DNA of 64,000 nucleotides from Opitutales bacterium (lineage in GTDB: Bacteria > Verrucomicrobiota > Verrucomicrobiia > Opitutales > JBHJGM01): NCBI GenBank assembly GCA_050331595.1, contig JBHJGQ010000012.1, forward strand, positions 24,112 to 88,111. Direction: 5' to 3'. The translations under genes and the position numbers were made by a program. The notes beneath the pieces were generated by a model. It saw only the letters and a program-made list of their open reading frames with translations, was not told the DNA's origin and did not search any database. Below are positions 58,327-64,000 of the stretch, one piece after another (position 1 is the stretch's first letter; every line of letters begins with the position of its first letter).

Positions 58327-59505
58327 ATGAGTGCCTCCATTGACTCTGACTACCTGAGCAAGGTCCTGCTCAAGCTGCTCTCCATCCACAGCCCAACCGG
58401 CTACACCGACCCCATCGTGCGCGAGGTGTGCGGACTGCTCGAGGAGCTGGGAATCGGCTACGAGATGACGCGGCGGGGGGCCATCCGCGCGAACCTCCCC
58501 GGTAACGGCTCGGCCTCGACCCAGGATCGAGCCATCGTGGTGCACCTGGACACGCTCGGTGCCATGGTCAAGGCGCTGAAGCCTAACGGGCGGCTGGCGG
58601 TCGTGCCGGTGGGGACCTGGTCGGCGCGTTTTGCCGAGGGCGCGCGTGTCTCCGTCTTTACCGACGAAAACGTCTATCGCGGCACCTTGCTCCCGCTCAA
58701 GGCCAGCGGGCACGCCTTCGACGCCGAGGTGGATACGCAGCCGGTGAACTGGAACAACCTGGAAGTGCGCGTGGACGAGACCGTTTCCGATCCGGCCGGG
58801 TTGTCGGCTCTGGGCTTGAATGTGGGTGACTTCATTGGTGTGGACGCGGGTGCCGAGCTTGTGCCCAACGGTTACATCAATGCGCGGCACCTCGATGACA
58901 AAGCAGGCGTGGCGGCGGTGCTGGCAGCGGCCAAGGCGATGGTCGAGCAGCCGCTGTCTTTGCCCGCGGACCTGCACCTGCTTTTCACCATTTCCGAGGA
59001 GGTGGGTTCGGGCGCCTCGTCGGTGCTCTACAACGACATCGCCGAGATGATCACGGTCGACAACGGGACCTGCGCGCCGGGACAGACCTCGCGCGAGACC
59101 GGCGTGACCGTGGCCATGGCCGACTCGACCGGTCCCTTCGACTATCACCTGACGCACTACCTGCTGAAACTGTGCGAGGCCAACGCGATCCCATACGTGC
59201 GCGACATCTTTCGCTATTACCGCTGCGACAGTGCCTCGGCCGTCGCCGCCGGCAACGACATTCGCACTGCCCTGCTGACCTTCGGCGTCGACGCCTCGCA
59301 CGGCTACGAACGCACCACCCTCAATGCGCTGGAATCGGTCGCCCGCGTGCTGGTAGCCTACGCACAGAGCAGCTTACTCTACGAAGCGCACAGCGACGAC
59401 CTCAACACCATCGAAAGCTTCCCCGTCACCCGCAAGGTCGACTATCAGGGACAGCTGCAGGAGGAACCGCGCAAGGAGATTCAAACGCCCCCACCCCTGG
59501 CTTAG
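58327..59505 (+). CDS. NAGGN-system M42 family peptidase
   Basis: HSPTGYT, HLDTLG, WSARFAEG, RHLDDKAG, SEEVG, YYRCD, SHGYERT. Confidence 0.92.
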   Translation: MSASIDSDYLSKVLLKLLSIHSPTGYTDPIVREVCGLLEELGIGYEMTRRGAIRANLPGNGSASTQDRAIVVHLDTLGAMVKALKPNGRLAVVPVGTWSARFAEGARVSVFTDENVYRGTLLPLKASGHAFDAEVDTQPVNWNNLEVRVDETVSDPAGLSALGLNVGDFIGVDAGAELVPNGYINARHLDDKAGVAAVLAAAKAMVEQPLSLPADLHLLFTISEEVGSGASSVLYNDIAEMITVDNGTCAPGQTSRETGVTVAMADSTGPFDYHLTHYLLKLCEANAIPYVRDIFRYYRCDSASAVAAGNDIRTALLTFGVDASHGYERTTLNALESVARVLVAYAQSSLLYEAHSDDLNTIESFPVTRKVDYQGQLQEEPRKEIQTPPPLA

Positions 59506-59690
59506 GCACCTGCCCGGCGAATGTCCGTCGACGTTTGCCTTTGGCGACGGGCGCGTTCTGCTGCGTGGAGGCGAGTTTGGCGGCAATCCTTATCCTATGA
59601 AAAATGATTCGCGTTTGAAATTTCGCCAATTGGCTTGCGCCCCGCATTCGGCTCGCTTCTTGTACGGATTTTGCTCCTTCTAACCCGCTG

Positions 59691-60599
59691 ATGTACCGCT
59701 TTCGAAAAGTCCTGGCGCACCTGGGCCTGCGCGACGGTGACGAAGACGCCGCCATCGTCCAGTATGCCTCGAAGGTCAGCCACCTGGCCCAGTCGCAGCG
59801 TGTGGAATTCATTCACGTGGCGGCGAAAGTGGACGTGCCCACGGAACTCAAGCAGCGCTACCCGTGGCTGATGGAACCCATTGACGAAGCCGCGCGCCAG
59901 CGCATGGAGCAAACCGTCCAAGCACACTACAACGGCTACGAAGGTGCCAAGATGTCTGTGGAAGTTGTCGATGGCATCCCTTCGCAACTGGTTCTGGAAC
60001 GAGCCAAAACCGACGACATCGACCTGATCGTGGCCGGTCACAGCGAGGACGACGGCCTGCTCGGGACCAAGCTCGCGCGCAAAGCCACCTGCTCGGTGCT
60101 GACGGTGCCCGCAAAGGCCAACCCCGAATTCGAGCGCGTGCTCGTTCCGCTGGATTTTTCCAAATACTCCAACAACGCGATCGACGTGGCGGCGGCGTTT
60201 GGTCAGGCCCAAGGGCTTCAAGCACTGCACGGCTTGCACGTCTACAGCGTGCCGGTCGGCGCACACCGCGCGGCGATGAACAAGGAGGACTTCGCGCGCG
60301 ACTTGAAGGCGCACTGCGAGCGGACCTTCAACGATTTTCTCAAGAAGGCCAACTGCCATGGCTTGCAGGTGGAATCGCTGCTGGTGGAGTCACCGCTGGT
60401 GCCGCAGGCCATTCTCTCGGCGGCCCGGCAAAACAAAGCCGATCTGATTGTGCTGGGCTGCCGCGGCAAGGATTCGTTCACCGCCGCGCTGCTGGGCAGC
60501 AACACCGAGGCGATCCTGCGCGAGGCCACCATTCCGGTGGTGGCGGTCAAGGAAAAGGGCACCGGGCGTGCCCTCTTGCAAACCCTGCTGGGCGCCTAG
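59691..60599 (+). CDS. tandem universal stress protein
   Basis: Two USP domains: IDLIVAG..CSVLTVP and RVLVPLDFS..ADLIVLG..LLGSNTEAIL..PVVAVK. Confidence 0.9.
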   Translation: MYRFRKVLAHLGLRDGDEDAAIVQYASKVSHLAQSQRVEFIHVAAKVDVPTELKQRYPWLMEPIDEAARQRMEQTVQAHYNGYEGAKMSVEVVDGIPSQLVLERAKTDDIDLIVAGHSEDDGLLGTKLARKATCSVLTVPAKANPEFERVLVPLDFSKYSNNAIDVAAAFGQAQGLQALHGLHVYSVPVGAHRAAMNKEDFARDLKAHCERTFNDFLKKANCHGLQVESLLVESPLVPQAILSAARQNKADLIVLGCRGKDSFTAALLGSNTEAILREATIPVVAVKEKGTGRALLQTLLGA

Positions 60600-60613
60600 G
60601 GGCCTATTGACGG

Positions 60614-62923
60614 ATGCTGCTGGCGATTCTACCGCTGTCCCTGATCGTTGCCGGGTTGCTGGCTCCGCTGCTGGAGAAGGTCCTTGGCAAATGGCTTGGC
60701 GTGGTGTTGGGGGTGGTGCCTCTGGCGGCGTTTGCCTGGTTTGCCGCTCAGGTGGGCGGCGACCCGGTCAGCTATCAGGCCACCTGGTTTGGCACGCTCG
60801 GGGTCAACGCGGACTTCCGCCTGATGGGCATGGGCCATCTCATGGCCCTGCTGATCACCGGCATCGGCTTTTTCATTTCGCTGTACGCGAGTGGGTACCT
60901 GGGCGGGCACGCGCTGCGGGGGTATTTCTTCGTGTACCTCTACGCGTTCATGGGCGCGATGCTCGGCATCGTGGTGGCCGACAACATTTACCTGCTCTTT
61001 GTTTTCTGGGAGCTGACCAGCATCACGTCGTACTTGCTCATCGGCTTCAATCACAAGGAGTCGATCAGCCGCTGGAAGGCCCTGCAGGCGCTTCTGGTGA
61101 CGGGTCTGGGCGGACTGGCCCTGCTGGCCGGACTGATTCTGTTGGCCAATGCGATGGGCACCGCGCGCTTGTCCGAAATGCTGGCCCAGGGCGTCAGCGT
61201 GGCCAATCACCCGCATTACCTGGCCATCCTGATTTTGGTGGTACTGGGTGCCTTTACCAAGTCGGCCCAGGTGCCCTTTCACTTTTGGCTGCCCAACGCG
61301 ATGGCCGCGCCCACGCCCGTGAGCGCCTTTCTGCACTCGGCCACGATGGTGAAGGCGGGCGTGTACCTACTGGCGGTGTTGCATCCGCTGTTGGGCGGAA
61401 CGATTGCCTGGGAAGGTCTGCTGGTGACCTGCGGCATGATCACCATGCTCGCCGGCGCGCTCATCGGCCTCTTTCAAACCGATTTGAAGCGCATCCTGGC
61501 GTTCACGACGCTCAGCGTTCTCGGGCTGCTGACGATGCTCCTTGGGGTCGGTACCGATCTGGCCGTGAAGTCCGCGGTCATCTTCCTGTTCGGTCACGCG
61601 CTCTACAAGGCCGCGCTCTTCATGGTCGCCGGCTCCATCGATCATGAAGCGGGCACACGCGAGGTGACCTCCCTGGCCGGCCTGCGTCGGGCAATGCCGT
61701 TGACCGCGGCCGCCGGCGCTCTGGCGGCGCTGTCCAAAGGAGGCTTCCCGCCGTTCTTCGGTTTCCTCGGCAAGGAGTACGTTTACAAAGCCGGACTGGG
61801 ACTGGAATGGCTGCAACCGCTCGTGCTGGGTTCGGGCATCGCGGCGAACATGCTGCTGTTGGCGCTGGCCTTCAAGGTGGGCTTCCACCCCTTCTGGGGC
61901 AAAAAACAAACCGCCCCCAAGGACCATGTGCACGAAGCACCGTGGACCATGCTCGCCGGGCCGATCGGGCTGGCCATCGCCGGGCTTACCTTTGGCGCTT
62001 TGCCCAAACTTCTGGCCTCCCCGATCATCGAGCCGGCGGTCTTCGCGGTGGCGGGGCACCCGGTGGAGTTCAAGCTCGTCCTCTGGCAGGGCTTCAACCT
62101 TCCGCTCCTGTTGAGCGTGGTGACGCTGGCCGGGGGCCTGACGATTTTCTTCCTGCGCGAGCGTATTTGGCGTCAGACCAAGGCCGTGCATGAACAAGGC
62201 TGGCGCGGCTTCGACGGCATCTACGAGCGCTGCTTCAACGGCTTGGTGGCCTTGGCCAAATGGCAAACCGGCCTCCTGCAATCCGGCTATCTGCGCAATT
62301 ACCTGATCATCATTCTGGGCACCGCGGTTACGTTGATCAGCATACAGTTGTGGCGGGTCGGCGGCCTGACCGACGTGGTCCAGATGGGAACCATCCGCCT
62401 GCACGAAGGCATCCTGATCGTGATCATGATCGGCGCGACGCTCGGTGCCCTCTTTGCCCGCGCTCTCTTATCGACGCTGCTGAGTCTGGGCGTGGTTGGC
62501 CTGGGAGTGGCGCTGATTTTCGCGCTGTTTGGCGCCCCCGATCTGGCCATCACGCAGGTGCTTGTCGAATCGCTGACGGTCGTACTCTTCGCCTTGGCCG
62601 TTTACAAACTGCCGCGCTTCAAAATCTACTCCCAGCGACGGACTCTCATCGGCGATGCCATCTTTGCTCTGCTCTGCGGGATCGCGGTGACGCTACTCGT
62701 GCTCAAGGCCAACTACATTCAGCTTTCGCCCACCATCTCAACGGAACTGGGTCAGTGGAGCTATCCGCTGGCCAAGGGCAAGAACGTGGTCAACGTCATC
62801 CTGGTAGACTTCCGGGCGATCGACACCTTGGGCGAAATCGCGGTACTGGCGGTCGCCGCCTTGGGGATCGCGTCGTTGCTTCGATTCCGACCGCGCAAGG
62901 AGGCCGCGGATTCTTCCACATGA
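60614..62923 (+). CDS. mrpA: Na+/H+ antiporter subunit A
   Basis: FWELTSITSYLLIGF, KSAQVPFHFWLPNAMAAPTPVSAFLHSATMVKAG, NVVNVILVDFRAIDTLGE. Confidence 0.96.
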   Translation: MLLAILPLSLIVAGLLAPLLEKVLGKWLGVVLGVVPLAAFAWFAAQVGGDPVSYQATWFGTLGVNADFRLMGMGHLMALLITGIGFFISLYASGYLGGHALRGYFFVYLYAFMGAMLGIVVADNIYLLFVFWELTSITSYLLIGFNHKESISRWKALQALLVTGLGGLALLAGLILLANAMGTARLSEMLAQGVSVANHPHYLAILILVVLGAFTKSAQVPFHFWLPNAMAAPTPVSAFLHSATMVKAGVYLLAVLHPLLGGTIAWEGLLVTCGMITMLAGALIGLFQTDLKRILAFTTLSVLGLLTMLLGVGTDLAVKSAVIFLFGHALYKAALFMVAGSIDHEAGTREVTSLAGLRRAMPLTAAAGALAALSKGGFPPFFGFLGKEYVYKAGLGLEWLQPLVLGSGIAANMLLLALAFKVGFHPFWGKKQTAPKDHVHEAPWTMLAGPIGLAIAGLTFGALPKLLASPIIEPAVFAVAGHPVEFKLVLWQGFNLPLLLSVVTLAGGLTIFFLRERIWRQTKAVHEQGWRGFDGIYERCFNGLVALAKWQTGLLQSGYLRNYLIIILGTAVTLISIQLWRVGGLTDVVQMGTIRLHEGILIVIMIGATLGALFARALLSTLLSLGVVGLGVALIFALFGAPDLAITQVLVESLTVVLFALAVYKLPRFKIYSQRRTLIGDAIFALLCGIAVTLLVLKANYIQLSPTISTELGQWSYPLAKGKNVVNVILVDFRAIDTLGEIAVLAVAALGIASLLRFRPRKEAADSST

Positions 62924-63339
62924 CTTCGGTGATTTTCAACGTGGCCGCGCGCACGCTCAGTCCGGTCTTCGCGCTGCTGTCGCTCTTTGTCCTGTACCGT
63001 GGGCACAACCTGCCCGGTGGCGGTTTCATTGGCGGGCTGCTCGCGGCGATTGCGGTGGTTTTGCTGATCCTGGCCTACGGCCCCGAAGCCGTGCGGCGCC
63101 GTTGGTGGTTCCAGCCCGTGCAATTCATGACTGTGGGACTGCTGGTGGCCCTGGCCAGCGGCGCGCTCGCCCTCGTGGCGGGACAGCCGTTTTTCGAGGG
63201 CCTCTGGCTGCCAACCTTCTCGCTGCCGCTGTTGGGCACGGTCCACCTTGGCACACCGCTGATCTTCGACATCGGCGTGTACCTGGTCGTGGTCGGCTTC
63301 ACCGCGCAAGCCATTGTCGAACTCAGTGAGGCGCGCTGA
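62920..63339 (+). CDS. mrpB: Na+/H+ antiporter subunit B
   Basis: RGHNLPGGGFIGGL, FDIGVYLVVVG; ATG overlaps the mrpA stop. Confidence 0.95.
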   Translation: MTSVIFNVAARTLSPVFALLSLFVLYRGHNLPGGGFIGGLLAAIAVVLLILAYGPEAVRRRWWFQPVQFMTVGLLVALASGALALVAGQPFFEGLWLPTFSLPLLGTVHLGTPLIFDIGVYLVVVGFTAQAIVELSEAR

Positions 63340-63342
63340 ACG

Positions 63343-63696
63343 ATGGAAACCCTCCTGGCAGTTTTGATTGGTGTGATGACGGCGGCGGGCGTTTTTTGCC
63401 TGCTGCGCCGAAGCATCGTAAAACTGGCCATCGGCATCATTCTGATCAGCCAGGCGGCCAACCTGACGGTCTTTGTTTCGGGCGGATTGACGCGCGGGGC
63501 ACCGCCGCTGGTGGCCAGCAGCCAAGACACCCTCGCCGCGACCGCGGCCGACCCGCTGCCGCAGGCCCTCGTTCTGACGGCCATCGTGATCGGCTTCGGG
63601 GTTGTCGCCTTCGCCCTCGTGCTGATCGCGCGCGCCTACCAGGAAACCGGGGCCGATGACGTCAATGAATTCCGCAAGACGGAGGAGGATCTTTGA
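63343..63696 (+). CDS. mrpC: Na+/H+ antiporter subunit C
   Basis: DPLPQALVLTAIVIGFG. Confidence 0.96.
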   Translation: METLLAVLIGVMTAAGVFCLLRRSIVKLAIGIILISQAANLTVFVSGGLTRGAPPLVASSQDTLAATAADPLPQALVLTAIVIGFGVVAFALVLIARAYQETGADDVNEFRKTEEDL

Positions 63697-64000
63697 TGCT
63701 GGTCGCCGCCCCCATCGTCTCCTCGCTCGTGCTGGCAATTGCCTGCCTCTTTGCGCGGCGCAGCCCTACGATCCAGCGTGCGCTGACTGTCGGCGGCTGC
63801 GCGGTGCAGCTGTTCCTGTCGGTGTGGCTCTTGTTGGAGGTGCGCGACGAGGGCGTGCAGGCGCTGGTCTTTGGCGGCTGGCCGGTGCCGCAAGGTATTG
63901 TGGTGGTGGCCGATCTCTTCAGTGCGATCATGGTCGTCATCACCGCGCTGATGGGATTGACCGTCGGGCTCTACTCCTTTGGCAGCATCAGCCGGGACCA
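63696..64000 (+). CDS. mrpD: Na+/H+ antiporter subunit D, 3'-truncated by the window edge
   Basis: TGATG coupling to mrpC; MLVAAPIV...FGGWPVPQGIVVVADLFSAIM. Confidence 0.88.
   Translation, partial: MLVAAPIVSSLVLAIACLFARRSPTIQRALTVGGCAVQLFLSVWLLLEVRDEGVQALVFGGWPVPQGIVVVADLFSAIMVVITALMGLTVGLYSFGSISRD

Overview
GC-rich (roughly 60-65% by eye) bacterial chromosomal window. The protein styles suggest Verrucomicrobiota/Opitutales (inference). Most of it is core genome: trpB, yicC, ileS-dksA-lspA, gpmI, xerC-like recombinase, lepA-lepB, fabD, pilT, dapAB-ruvA, an ECF sigma/anti-sigma pair and tRNA-Lys(TTT). Accessory modules are interspersed: (i) a PilV/PilW/PilX-type minor-pilin cassette whose 813-aa PilX carries a large adhesin-like C-terminal domain, lying between two carotenoid genes; (ii) a purine/molybdenum locus (single-chain XdhAB fusion, xdhC, moaA, mog, amidase) next to an uncharacterised PP-loop/QueC-like ATPase plus atypical methyltransferase pair; (iii) a composite REP-like repeat cluster around a DUF4870 gene, and an antitoxin with a truncated RelE toxin; (iv) downstream of tRNA-Lys and an IS3 scar, a co-oriented osmoadaptation block: PuuR-like regulator, OPT peptide transporter, acetamidase, the NAGGN trio (asnO-ngg-M42 peptidase), USP and mrpABCD. 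The best novelty candidate is the apparent five-gene OPT-acetamidase-NAGGN operon, which may combine synthesis, transport and recycling of the osmolyte. lepA has an in-frame TAG inside a cluster of substitutions, most likely a sequencing artefact. All calls come from motif recognition only; no searches were run, and several start codons are my estimates.
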